From Hormiphora californensis (lineage: Eukaryota > Animalia > Ctenophora): 64,000 bases of DNA. This document shows positions 1 to 12,801 of the stretch, piece after piece (the stretch's first letter is position 1; every line of letters starts with the position of its first letter). Both the position numbers and the translations under genes were made by a program. The notes under the pieces are model-generated. The model searched no databases, had not been told where the DNA came from, and saw only the letters and a list, made by a program, of their open reading frames with translations. Location of the stretch: positions 5,828,001-5,892,000 of the forward strand of contig CM035362.1 in the NCBI GenBank assembly GCA_020137815.1, read 5' to 3'.

Positions 1-590
1 CTGCGTCTGTCTAAATCTGCTTGAAACAGATCAGTTGAGCTATTCCTTTTTAGCGAGGCAATATATTTTTACATATATATCTGCCTCTTTGTTCGTCTCT
101 CCTCGCCAACTATCTAAGGAACGGCCCGTGCTCATAAGTGGTTAACTGGACTGGACAGGTAACGGCAGTGTTAGAAAGATATTTCTATCAGACCTTCGTA
201 GTTGTCGCTGCACATGCTATCATCATCCCGGAAGTCATTAGTCATGAATGGAACGTTTTTCAGAACGTTTCAATAAAACAGCTAATCTAATGGGAAAGCA
301 CGTGTGTACCCGAACGAAATCTTTATTGATTTCGTTGTAGCCTTTCCTGAAGATGTTTCTCAAGCGATATTGCGAAGTTAATGAATTCTTGTCTAAAATT
401 CTTTTAAGCGTCTTTTATAATATGTATAAGCAAGGATGCAGCTACTATTATGCCAAAAGCTTAGTGTGTCATTAAAACTGGTTCTGGTCGTGAAAATCAA
501 TGTCGAGATTGACCTGAAATTTTTGAAGGATGTAGTAGATTATTTAACAGAATAGGTGTGCTAAGATGATACGATTCCTTCTTTTCACAG

Positions 591-2035
591 CTGCATTGTG
601 GGAGACAGTTGTTCTCACAGGTTGGTCATCACTTATTAGCTAAATGAAAAATGTGTATCATAGATATATGCTAATGTCCATGATTCCTGTCTATACGAAC
701 AGTTGTATTGGGCTATATCTGTTAATTGTAAATCAAGACATATTAATTGCAAAATGTGTACATAAACGTGCACAATACAACTAGTAATTATAAATACATT
801 ATTTTCGTTTAGAGTGGACATCTGTGGAGCGGAAAGTTAAGATACCCTGGGACCTGGAGGGAAAACCTCTCCAGATAAAGACGAACTCCACACTGGGAAG
901 TGATGAGAAGATCAAGGTAAACATGTTCGACAAGGACAAGAGCTGGATCAGTTTGGTGGATATGAAGTTCTCCTCCCCAATGCAGTATTGGATAGGCCCC
1001 TGCAGCACCAATTGGGCAGACCTGCCAGTACAACCCCCGGTAAAGGTGGAGCAGATCTGGACGATAATTAAATCAGAGACCGCCCTCATCATCACATGTA
1101 ATGGTATTAAGGTGCTGAACTACCTGTTTGGAGATAGCTGTGTTAAAACGCTGGGTGGTGATGTGGTGGAGCAGATAAATTTTCACACTAATGACACAGC
1201 ATCTGACTTCTATAATGGTGCACCAGGTAAGAATAAAGTTATACCGTGTTTACTGCTGTAATAGTATACTTGTTGAGTATTAGGGGTTGACTTACTCGAC
1301 AACAGGGCTAGGATCACGTGAGTTTACTGTTTAGTTATCGCTGTTGGGTAACCGTATACAACCCCCTAGTACAGTCGGACCCTGATTTACCGGGCAAAAA
1401 CCTTTCCCCCGAGCAACCCGGTAAATCGGGGTCCAACTGCAGTCCCCTTGTTCTCCCATTAAGTGCCCGCAGAGAGGGACATATAGGACAGCCTGCCAAT
1501 AACATGTACCCATGACCCAAGCCGTGTGCAATTCAAACTGACACATTAATTCTATCTCTTATCTCTTTTTAGAACCAGTCGAGTGCCCTGCATTTACGGT
1601 TGAAGACTCGACACAAGGAAACTGGACTGCCTCACCAACAGGGACAACTGCCACCATCGAGTGTGCTCCCAACCATAGCCTTGTGGGGAATGCTACACTG
1701 ACTTGTCAGGAGGACGGAACATGGTCAAGTGATGTACCACAGTGTGATAAAATCAGTAAGTTTAGAGACATGAATAAAATATCTACCTTTTTCGACCGAA
1801 TACTCCATAAAATTTGAGAGCTAATAAGCTCACAAATCACATCTTTTAACCACCACAGTGTGTCCTGCCTATAATAACACACTTGATGGATCGATAGAGG
1901 AGAACTGGTCGGCTATGGATCCCGGGACGACCATTACAATCACCTGCGAGTACAAGCACGTTCTGATCGGTGACGTGATAACCTGTCAAGACGATGGAAC
2001 GTGGAGTGATCTGAATGCTAAGTGTATTCGACTGA
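591..2035 (+). CDS. Sushi/CCP-domain extracellular protein, copy 1 (start exon and last exon not located)
   Basis: In-phase GT-AG exons 591-620, 813-1226, 1573-1755, 1859-2035. They encode an unnamed ~135-aa Trp/Cys domain (VKIPWDLEGKPLQIKTNS...) and two CCP modules (CPAFTVEDS...C...C..DGTWSSDVPQC; CPAYNNT...CQDDGTWSDLNAKC). Confidence 0.75.
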
Positions 2036-2234
2036 GTGAGTTTTAGGGGTGTCAATGATAAATGGGGCCATGGTAGACTAGAAGTACAGACGACAACGGA
2101 CGACAACAACATGTCAAATAAAAGTAGCTGGGAACTTTTATTTGGCAGCTTGACAGACGTTTGAAAAACTGACAGAAAAAACTTTTTCCGACTGAACCGT
2201 AGAAGTAAATTTTTGGAAGGTAAAATCTGTCAGT

Positions 2235-2866
2235 CTCTGTGCCTAAGTGTCTGTGTCTGTTTTTGTGTCTGTTTTTGTGTCTGTTTTTGTGTCTGTTTTT
2301 GTGTCTGTTTTTGTGTCTGTGTCTGTGTCTGTGTCTGTGTCTGTGTCTGTCTCTGTCTCTGTGTCTGTCTCTGTATCTAGTCACTCTCTGTCTCTGTCTC
2401 TGTCTCTGTCTCTGTCTCTGTCTCTGTCTCTGTCTCTGTCTCTGTCTCTGTCTCTGTCTCTGTCTCTGTCTCTGTCTCTATCTCTGTCTCTGTCGCTGTC
2501 GCTGTCTCTGTCTCTGCCTCTGTCAACTCTTTATCTCTGCTTCTGTCTCTGTTTCTGTCTCTGTTTCTGTCTCTGTCTCTGTCTCTGTCTCTCCTTCTTT
2601 CTCTCTCTCATCTTCAGCTATATATAGCTGAAGATAGATATATCTATCTCCCTCCCTCCACTCCGAACTGGTTCTTCTCTCTAGGTCCACTACACGCACC
2701 ACTCCCACATGGGGCCGTAAGGTCCCATGCGAGAGCAGGGTTAAATCCCCCGGGCCCGGATCCTGTTGGATCTGAGGGCCCATCTCTCTATCTGTCTGTC
2801 TCTCTCTCTACCTCTCTCCCTACCATCCTCAGCTGATAGCAACCGCAAAACCGCTGTTTCTCGTAA

Positions 2867-2955
<89 letters not shown>
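2235..2955. repeat. Compound (TGTC/TCTG/CT)n microsatellite
   Basis: Directly visible. Confidence 0.95.
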
Positions 2956-3732
2956 GCTATCTCTCCCTCCTGCCACTTCCAAGTTTCAATTTAACGGTAT
3001 TTACTACGCACTTTTTGAGCTCTGCGTCTGTCTAAATCTGCTTAAAACAGATCAGTTGAGCTATTCCTTTTTTAGCGAGACAATATATTTTTACATGTAT
3101 ATATATCTGCCTCTTTGTTCGTCTCTCCTCGCCAACTATCTAAGGAACGGCCCGTGCTCATAAGTGGTTAACTGGACTGGGCGGCAGTGTTAGAAAGATA
3201 TTTCTATCAGACCTTCGTAGTTGTCGCTGCACATGCTATCATCATCCCGGAAGCCGGAAATACTGGTCCCTGATTGGCTGATAACCAGTCACGTGACCTA
3301 AATAACGAGTTCTGATTGGTCGTTTCGGTTGTTTCGGTCTAATGGGAAAGCACGTGTGTACCCCCAGTGGCGGAAGCCATTAGCCATGAATGGAACGTTT
3401 TTCAGAACGTTTCAATAAAACAGCTAATCTAATGGGAAAGCACGTGTGTACCCGAACGAAATCTTTATTGATTTCGTTGTAGCCTTTCCTGAAGATGTTT
3501 CTCAAGCGATATTGCGAATTCAATGAATTCTTTTCTAAAATTCTTTTCAGCGCCTGTTATAATATGTATAAGCAAGGATGCAACTACTATTATGCCAAAA
3601 GCTTAGTGTGTCATTGAAACAGGTTCTGGGCGTGAAAATCAACGTCGATGTTGACCTGAAACTTTTTAAGGATGTAGTAGATTAGTTAACAGAATAGGTG
3701 TGTTAAGATGATACGATTCCTTCTCTTCACAG

Positions 3733-4992
3733 CTGCATTGTGGGGGACAGTGGTTCTCACAGGTTGGTTATAACTTATTAGCTCAATGAAAAATGTGTAT
3801 CATAGATATGGTAATAATTTTATTTGCAGTATAATAGTGCATACTATAATTACAATGTCCATAATTCCTGTCTATATGAACAGTTGTATCGGGCTATAGC
3901 AGTTAATTGTAAATCACGACATATTAATTGCAAAATGTGTACATAAACGTGCACAAAGTTAGTAATTATAAATACATTATTTTCGTTTAGACTGGACAGC
4001 TGTAGACCGAAAAGTTAAGATACCCTGGGACCTGGAGGAAAAACCTCTCCAGATAAAAACGAACTCCACACTGGGAAGTGATGAGAAGATCAAGGTGAAC
4101 ATGTTCGACAGGGACAAAAGCTGGATCAGTTTGGTGGATATGAAGTTCTCCTCCCCAATGCAGTATTGGATAGGCCCCTGCAGCACCAGCTGGGCAGACC
4201 TGCCAGTACAACCCCCGGTAAAGGTGGAGCAGATCTGGACGATCACTAAATCAGAGACCGCTCTCATCATCACATGTAATGGTATTACGGTGCTGAACTA
4301 CCTGTTCGCAGATGGTTCAAACAAAAAGTGTGTTGAAAAGCTGGGTGGTGATGTGGTGGAGCAGATAAATTTTCACACTAATGACACCGCATCTGACTTC
4401 TATAATGGTGCGCCAGGTAAGAATGAACAATTCAGTTTATACCGTTTACTGCTGTAATAGTATACTTGTTGAGTATTAGGGGTTGATTTACTCGACAACG
4501 GGGCTATGATCACGTGAGTTTACTGTTTGGTTATCTCTTTTCAGAACCAGTGGAGTGCCCTGCATTTACAGTTGAAGACTCGACACAAGGAAACTGGACT
4601 GCCTCACCAACAGGGACAACTGCCACCATCGAATGTGATGCTGCTCACAGACTTAATGGAAGTGAAACACTGAATTGTCAGGAGGACGGATCGTGGTCAA
4701 GTGACGTACCACAGTGTGATAAAATCAGTAAGTTTAGAGACATGTAGAAATGTACCATACCTTTTTCAGACCGAATATTCTATAAAAATTGACAGCTAAC
4801 AGGCTCACATCGCAGTGTGTCCTGCCTATCATAACACACTTGATGGATCGATAGAGGAGAACTGGCCGGCTACAGATCCCGGAACGAACATTACAATCAC
4901 CTGCGAGTACAAGCATGTACTGATCGGTGACGTGATAACCTGTCAAGACGATGGAACGTGGAGTGACCTGAATGCTAAATGTATTCGACTGA
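3733..4992 (+). CDS. Sushi/CCP-domain extracellular protein, copy 2; possible terminal exon at ~5309-5380
   Basis: Exons 3733-3762, 3991-4416, 4545-4727, 4816-4992 are paralogous to copy 1 with the same phases and open frames. Confidence 0.75.
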
Positions 4993-5393
4993 GTGAGTTT
5001 ATAATTATGTGTGGAGGGGCCGGGGGGCTGCGGGGGGGTATGCTATGTTTCACCTTGTCCTTTGCTGCTGTAGGGGTGTCAATGAGAAATGGGGGTCATG
5101 GTAGACTAGAAGTACAGATGACAACGACAATTATAAGTCAAATAAAAGTAGCTGGGAACTTTTACTTGACAGCCTGACAGACGTTTGAATAACTGGTGCT
5201 TTACGGTATCATAGTAATAATACATTATAGGTGGGTATATGTCAAATGGTGGACTAACAGAGAATTAATTCTGACTGAGTAGTCCGACAAAGTAACCAAG
5301 TTTTCAGATCATCATCGAGTACCATGGCGAAGACCCCACAGGTACTCAGACCACGTCAAGGGACCCACAATACGATAGCCCCAAAACTCGGAC

Positions 5394-7935
5394 TCACATT
5401 GACTTAGCAAGTGTCCACTGTCCAGTAACCAGGCTCTCTTGACCCCGACACAGACAGGGCCACCACCACACAGACAGGGCTGTGCAGGAGGATGAAACCC
5501 CGGGAATTCGAAGAGGACATGTAAAGGCATACTCAGTGAGTATTCCTGTTCCAAGGAGCAAACCGAAACAAAGTTTATCTCCCTAATTACATACTAATTA
5601 GTAATTACCTAATAACATACTAATTACATAATAATTACCTAATTACCTAATTATAACCTAATATATTCACCTATCAGTTCCTTGTTGGCAGTGTGCTTCA
5701 AACTGGATGGGTTCTGTCGGTACAGCTCTATCAGTCGATCCATAGCCGTATCAGTGCGGATCATTTTATGGGACACGTTGGTTTGTAACATAAATCCTCC
5801 ATCCCTCTTTTCTACTGATGTTACATACCTGAGGAAATGTTTTAAAAATAAAGAAATTAATTAACCAATTAATTGAGTAATTACATAGTAAAATAAGTAA
5901 TTGTACGTGAATTCGTAGTTCTAATTTAATTCTTACCCAGGCCACAGTTCCAACTTGTGTTTTTCTAGCACCTTCTTGTCCTCTGGATTACTGTAATGAT
6001 TCTTACCCAGCCTAGCATACCTGGGAGTATGAGGATATTGAATAACCTGGGAATGAGGGTAATGGTTGTTTACCCAGCCTAGCATACCTGGGAATGAGTT
6101 GCCTGGCTAGACTGTGTTTCGGGCGGGAGGGTTAGAACATTTAACAAGGAATAAGGGTAATGGTTGTCTTGCTCGACCCTGTCTCCCGCGCCCCGCACGG
6201 GTAGAACAAGGAAATGGATATATTGAATAACCACCAACAGAGAGCCAAAACCATGGAACAAAGAGGTCCAGGTTTCAAATAAAATAAAGTTCTAAGTTGT
6301 CCAAATCGAACATAAATTATCAAATTTAAACTTACTTTAATTTTGAGAGTACAGTTCTGAATATAATGTTTAGAAGTGGAGTACATTCCTCAAGATTGGT
6401 GGTATCAGTTAGTTTGTAGATTATTTGTACTACCGTTCCTGAGGCAATTTATATCATGAAATATAATGGATAGAACGCTACATCAACAAGACATTTGATT
6501 GGGTTACTAAAAAAATATGACGACCCTCCTGATAACCAACAGAAATTGAAGCAACAGTATTTCATCTCTTCTAGACTTCTTTAAAAATATGAAAGTGTGT
6601 CTCGCATCGATTTGCCGAGATGCTCGGGGGAAAGGGTTTTGCCCGGTAAATTTCGGTGTTCCGGTATATTTGGGCCGGTAAATTGGGGTACAACCACACA
6701 TACTTGTTTGGGGATGTATACTCTCTGTTGTTGTTGACTGTAGTTTAGTAGACGTATACAAGACAGCACCATCAAACTTCCATGCTCTGACGTCATGAAG
6801 ATGGGGCTCCAATAACTTGTGTCTGCGGGTATATAAAAAGGAAATAAAAGTTTGTAATAGTCTGCTGAAAACAATATTTCCCTTGACTCTTGAGACGCCC
6901 TTGTTTGAGTTATGAACAATTCAATATATGTCGAATTTGTCGGTCTTTTCTCACCTGAGGAACACGCTATCAACTTCTGGTTCCATTGTCACGTGGTACT
7001 GGTAGGTCTGGGAGTTGGGGAATCGAACTCTGATAAAGTTTGTCAGGACCTCTATTTTCTCTCCCACCCTACTGAACGCTGGCCTCTCCGGGAGATCCTG
7101 ATAAATAGGGGATTAATATAATTAAATAATTAAATATAGGGGATTTTTTACTATTTAGCGTGTCAAGAAATGGGTCAACATGGTGAGATATTGCATAGCT
7201 GTCGTATTTTAATTTGTATCCCGGTAGAAAATCTACTAAACACTAACTCGCTATGAATGTCACCGTTTTTGTGAAAGCTTGGACAATTGTCACCCAGGAA
7301 TCAGACTCTTAAATTTCACAACACATGCATCATATTTAACTAGTTTTACGTTGTAGTTAACCCTTTGAGGCCCAGGGTCATATGTCCAAAAGTTTGAGGC
7401 TTCGTAGACTTACCGCAGACTGATGCTGTATAACAGAAGGCTGAACGGGTGATGATGTCACTTCAGGTGATGATGTAACTTCAGATCTAGTACTCTGGTG
7501 GGCAGCAGTGGTAGAGCTAGATGCAGAAGATGGGGGTCCCTTAGTGCTGGAGGACTGTCTGGGAATGAGCGGGGGAGCTCCTAACAGGGAGCTGAAATTG
7601 AGACAGTAATTAGCAGTAATTAGCAGTAATTATTTATGTGGCTAATTATTAGTACATAATTAGTAGAAATTAGTAATATGGATAATCGAATACAATCATT
7701 TCGTTTTCCATTAGTTTAAGCTCCAGGTAACAATGTCGAGCACTTTCGCTAGTATCTTTTCGATTAGTGTAATGAGACTAATTGTTAAACATTCATTACC
7801 AAATTAATGATGGAATTTATTGCGTGTGTTATATTATTTTTACCTCTGTATTTTAATTAGTTTGGTTCTTCTGATAGGTGGTAGTCTCTCTTCTTCCCTC
7901 AGCGCCCCTCTCATTAGCAACCCTCGACCCAACAT
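5394..7935 (-). CDS. piwi-like: PIWI-family (Argonaute superfamily) gene; only N-terminal, N and L1 regions visible, PAZ/MID/PIWI absent from the window
   Basis: Phase-consistent exons 7935-7844, 7591-7414, 7097-6955, 6822-6704, 6438-6336, 6020-5937, 5828-5671 give MLGRGLLMRG...VGEKIEVLTNFIRVRFPNSQTYQYHVTMEPEVDSVFLR..WKFDGAVLYTSTKL..LLNIIFRTVLSKLKYARLGKNHY..HKLELWPGYVTSV..MLQTNVSHKMIRTDT..NKELIG. These match the PIWI motifs TNHF/YQYH/FDG/NIIFR/GRNYY/WPG/VSHK/KELIG. A possible last exon at 5545-5394 is not PIWI-like. Confidence 0.85.
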
Positions 7936-8494
7936 GACTAGAACTGTAATAATGGATTAAACTAAATTAGTTAGTTAATTAATTAATTAAACTTTATACA
8001 GTCGGACCCCGGTAAATATCGGACTGTAGTCAACTAAACTGACCCGAAATATATAATGAGAAACTACACATTTAGAAGAAATTTAGGAGAAATTGTTAAG
8101 AAGTAAAATAAAGATAACCCACAATTCAAAAATTAAATTAAGTTAGCATGCGATATACACATATTGTCAGCTTCTATAGGAACATTTTTAGTCATGTTTC
8201 CACTTCCAATACATGTAATAATATAATCCGAACAGTAGATGATAACCCATTAATAAATAACTTTAGACCAGGAACCGACCGACACAAGTAAACAACCAAT
8301 CAGAACTCGTTATTTAGGTCACGTGACTGGTTATCAGCCAATCAGAGATCCTGATTCGGTCGGTTCCTGTTTTAGACCAAACTAAAAACGTCAATAAAGT
8401 TGTCAGAACGTCACTGTATCTCTAGACTCTCATAGAGATATCTATTCTTCTGATAGAGTCGTCTCTCTATTATAACATGGCGTCCTCTCGTGGA

Positions 8495-8655
8495 TCTCTG
8501 CAACTAGTGAAAGTCCACACTTTCTCTCTGCAACTAGTGGAAATCCACACTTTCAAGAGCTGCAACTAGTGGAAGTCCACATTTTCAAGAGCTGCAACTA
8601 GTGGAAGTCCACATTTTCTCTCTGCAACTAGTGGAAATCCACATTTTCAAGAGCA
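8495..8655. repeat. ~30-bp tandem repeat (5 copies) that includes the STK16 stop codon
   Basis: Repeated gcaactagtggaa(a/g)tccacattttc. Confidence 0.85.
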
Positions 8656-10975
8656 AAACTAGAATTACTTTCCAGCATATCAAGTTTCTGAATCACAGTG
8701 TCAATGTCAGGTCGCTTCTCAGGATCAACCTAAATGAGGTTAAATGAGTGTTAAACCTAGTGGATCAACCTAGTGGAGTGGAGGTGTAGCTGGATGTGTA
8801 ATTTAAAACTGGAATAACGACATGTAATAGTACGGAGCTAAACATTTTTAGTGTTAAACTGAGGTTAACCAAATTAAATCTGAGGCTAACCAAATGAGCA
8901 ATAAGGTTAACCAAATCAAACCATAAAAGTTAACCAAATCAAGTTGTAAAACTTCACATTACCTGAAGCATAAACTCAATAAAATCAATGAGTCCCTTCG
9001 AGTAGTTAACATCAGTAGGGTATTTGATGTGTCTGTTTAGAACTGCCAGTGCTATACTGCCTCCCTGTTCCGTAGTAATCCACTCGAAGGGGGACCGGAG
9101 AAAGGCCATGTTATACAGCGTACATCCCAGTGACTGAAATACACGTGTGTCATCATTAGAAAGTGAAAGAGGACTAATAGAGTGGAATTATCGAAAAGCT
9201 ACAACGCAACTCATAAATCTTTCAGGAATTTTAAAGGTTTAGTAGTGGGGAGTGGGGTCAGGGGTGTTGGTCGTTGGAGGGGAGGGAGTAATGTCACACC
9301 ACTATAACTCCTAAAACACCAAAACTAACATACCAAAACACCAAAACTAACATACCAAAACACCAAAACTAAAACACCAAAACTAACATACCCAAAACTA
9401 ACATACCCAGATATCAACTTTTTCGTCGATAACACAGTCATTATCGACCTCAAAGAGCTCTGGTGCTCGGAAGGGAAGTGTGCTCCTCTCTGCAGCGAGA
9501 TCTTGCATTGCAAGAGCCTCTTTTCTGGAGGATATCTTACACCGTCCCTGTATTACCGAACCAAAATCCATGAGAATAGTTCCCCCGTCATCGCCTATCA
9601 TTACATTACCTGGTGGCGGGTTTAAAAGGTCAAAAACAACGAGATCATATATTTTTTGGGCAATCTGTACTGCAATTTCTTCAGAAATCATAGCTTCATT
9701 GGCCAACTAAGGGTGGGATGTATTAAAGGGGTTAAACTCTCTTTAAACCCTGTTCCCTCACCTGGCTTCACATCTCTGTGGGTTAGTGGTCCACTAGGGT
9801 AGTTATGCATAACGTGGAGAGCTCGACAGATCCCCCGAAACAGGGAATATACCACCCTCTCCTTTAGGTGACTGTTTCCGTTCTCTATCCTCTCGATTAT
9901 CAGATCGGCCAAGCTACCGTTCTGAGGATAATTATCTATATTATCAAGCTAGCTTCAGTAGTAATATCTTTTGTATTTAACACGCTTGTCAAGGGTTAGC
10001 TTGTTTTGTTCAAACCCTTTTTATTATTCAAAAAGTTGTGAGGCACAGGGAAATATGGTCGAGAAAGGCAAGGAAAGGCCGGGCCTAATATATCGAGAAA
10101 TAGGAACTAGGTAAAGGCCGTAATAATATCGCGGTCAATATTTACCAGGAACCTACCAACACAAGTAAACAACCAATCAGATCTCATTATTTAGGTCACG
10201 TGAGTGGTTATCAGCCAATCAGGGACCAGTATTTACTGATTCGGTCAATACATTTACCTTGTAATAAGGTAGAAGTAGGTTGATCTCCGTATGTCCATCC
10301 TTCAAGTTGACCATATTGTAGTCAAGCAATGGAATAATATGCGGAGAGGCAAACAGTTTGTAACATTTTATCTGAGGGAAGCAAGAATACGTATCAAAAC
10401 CGGATTTTTTATTTAGCAAAAGTCAAAACAAAAGTTTTATTCGACAGGATAAGTATCAAATAAGTATCATTTCTACAGATTAGAAAACATATATATTGCG
10501 TACCTCATCTTTAGCTAGTGCAATCTGATCCTCTTCCTGGGCGAGGATCCTTTTCACCGCATATTGTTTCCCTGTTTTCAGGTCCTGCGCTAGCTGCACA
10601 AAACTAAAACCCCTGGAAGCAGAATCTTGTTAAATCACAATTGGAATTTTGAAAAACAAACCTGTCCTTGATATTTTTTGTTGTAAAACACGTATATATT
10701 TCCTGTGCACGATATACCTACACAACTTACCCCTCGCCAACACGTTGTAGTAGTCGGAGATAGAAGCTCTGTCTAGACTTGTGTCTAGACTTGTGTCTGT
10801 CTAGACTTGTGTCTGTCTAGATCCAGCAGTCTAGACCTGTGACCTGTATCATGTCCATGTCTTAGTCTAGATCTGTCTTTACTTACCCCTCGCCAACACG
10901 TTGTAGTAGTCGGAGATAGAAGCTGTTGATTATAAGAGTTTCAGTCCTTACACACGCACACAAATAATTACCCAT
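8628..10975 (-). CDS. STK16: Serine/threonine kinase 16 (NAK family)
   Basis: Seven exons (10975-10887, 10612-10504, ~10372-10259, ~9921-9762, ~9609-9408, ~9133-8963, ~8729-8628). N-terminus MGNYLCAC is myristoyl/palmitoyl-like; motifs GEGGFSFV, AVKRI, HRDVKP, MDFGS, AAERSTLPFRAPELF, DEKVDIWSLGC; stop at 8628. Confidence 0.92.
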
Positions 10976-12801
10976 TTACACATTAGGGACCTGGAGAGGA
11001 GGTAGAAAATGTATGGGCAGTGGCACTGACATGGAAAGTGCAAACCATGGGCCATGGCCAATGCGGATCCTAGGTCCCACGGGATTTGTTCTTTTGATAC
11101 AAAAACTAGTTGCGCAGGCTACAAAATGTATGTCCTTGTAGTGACTTTGTTCCCTAAAACTAATGATGGAAGTCGTCAACACCCAACACTGGCTGGATTG
11201 CGCTCGGACCGAGCCGCTCGGCTCGGTCCTGAACGCCCGACGCCGAACGGTGGTTCGGCTCGTTATCGGGTTTGAGAGAGCAATATAATAACTTAGAACC
11301 CTACTTAGGGGGAGCGAATATTCTTGCAGTGAGTAAAGCAATGAAGTCGCGGGTCGCAGACGCCGTGGGCATGCGAAAAATTAAAAAAAGAAGAAAAAAT
11401 TGGCATAAAGTCCGATTTTTAATAAAGCGAACCGCAAAAAATTCCCACGCACCGTGGGAAAGTTTTTTGTCGGTTGTTTCGATCATATCTCTGGCTCCTG
11501 ATAAGATAAAGACTTGATCCTGGTTGCGTTGGAAAGAGAAAAATGTTATCTTTCCAATGCGACCAATGACAAGTCTCTATCTTATCAGGAACCGGATTTA
11601 GCACGCGCAAATAGAATTATATTATTATTAATGCGCGTGAGCGGTTCGCATTATTAAAAATCGCACTTTATACTCCATTTTTTTTTCAACTGTTCACCCC
11701 CCAAAGTCGTGCGCGGAATTGTTTTGCGTGTTTATCACATGTTAACGTGTAGCGCGCGCAGCGTAAATTAAAATATCGCACGCGCACGAGTTGAGGGGTG
11801 AACAGTTGAATAAAAATGGACTTTACGTTGCAGGCCCCTTATAATATTGCGGGGGTGCGCGCATGAGGGGGCTGCAGCGCATTCCAAAAGAAAAAAGTGA
11901 GGGAAAAAATCTGGTGAAATTTTGCCTGGACAAGTTTTAAAAATGATTCAGGTCGGTGTTACCCGACCAAAGAAAATACAATAATAATTTAATTAATAAT
12001 TTAAAAACACACTCAAAAAATAAATATAGTTAAAAAAAAGAGGAAATCTGGAGAAGTGGGGAGGGAGATGGGGGAGGGAGAAGGGATCAAGGTATCTGTG
12101 TATGGGGGGGGGGTGCATAGTGATAGAGTTGGTGGTAAGTGGAGAAGAGAACAGTGTGGTTAAGGGAGTGGGAATGACCGGGTGGAAGGGTGAGAGAGAG
12201 AAACACGATGCTAAGAGAGAGGTGAACAGCAGTGAGGTGGAGAGGGAGCACTTAAACAGGGGGAAAGGAAGAAGGGAATAGAGGTAGTAAGACAACGTGC
12301 GGGAGGCGGGGGACCGGAGGTAAAGGAGGACTGAGGCTGACGAAGAGCACTGAGAGCAGCTAGGGATGGGTTCCTGGGAAAGGGCAGCGAGGTCTGGAGA
12401 AAAGGGTGAGATGAAGGAGGGCCAGAGGTGAGGAATGGAAAAGGTGAGAGTACCAGAAGAGCAAGAGGCGAGACGATGATCCGGATCAAAAAGGGGGGGG
12501 GGGGCTGGAACGAGGAGGGAGATAGGGATCCCTAAAAAAGTTCAGTATTTACACAGAGTTTACACAGTCATTACACCCAGAGCGGCGCGTGCTGCGTTTT
12601 GCGGCCTTTTCTAAGAAAATATTGGATTGTAAATGTAAATGTAAATGTAAATGTAAATGTAATATAATCATTTATATATACCACTTTATAGTGTAAAATA
12701 TTGGAGCATGCACTACTAGCCAACGCTCTACACACTCCTCACTTTCAAAAGTGGTACAGATACAAAACATGAGCATACATAAATAGTTAATTTGTAGGGA
12801 A

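Larger units (their letters stand above)
1..5190 (+). repeat. Tandem segmental duplication (1-~2170 vs 3022-~5190) separated by microsatellites
   Basis: The first bases ctgcgtctgtctaaatctgctt recur at 3022. The copies are colinear through introns and exons apart from private MITE insertions. Confidence 0.9.

Noticed and set aside
2684-2772. Hammerhead or twister ribozyme
   Set aside because: No CUGAUGA/GAAA core and no convincing twister pseudoknots by eye.
2052-3035. Long ORFs of CL/SV/SL/RH repeats (also at 17300-17740, 23755-24176, 35596-36103, 55610-55929, 59123-59545)
   Set aside because: Translations of microsatellites that lack stop codons.
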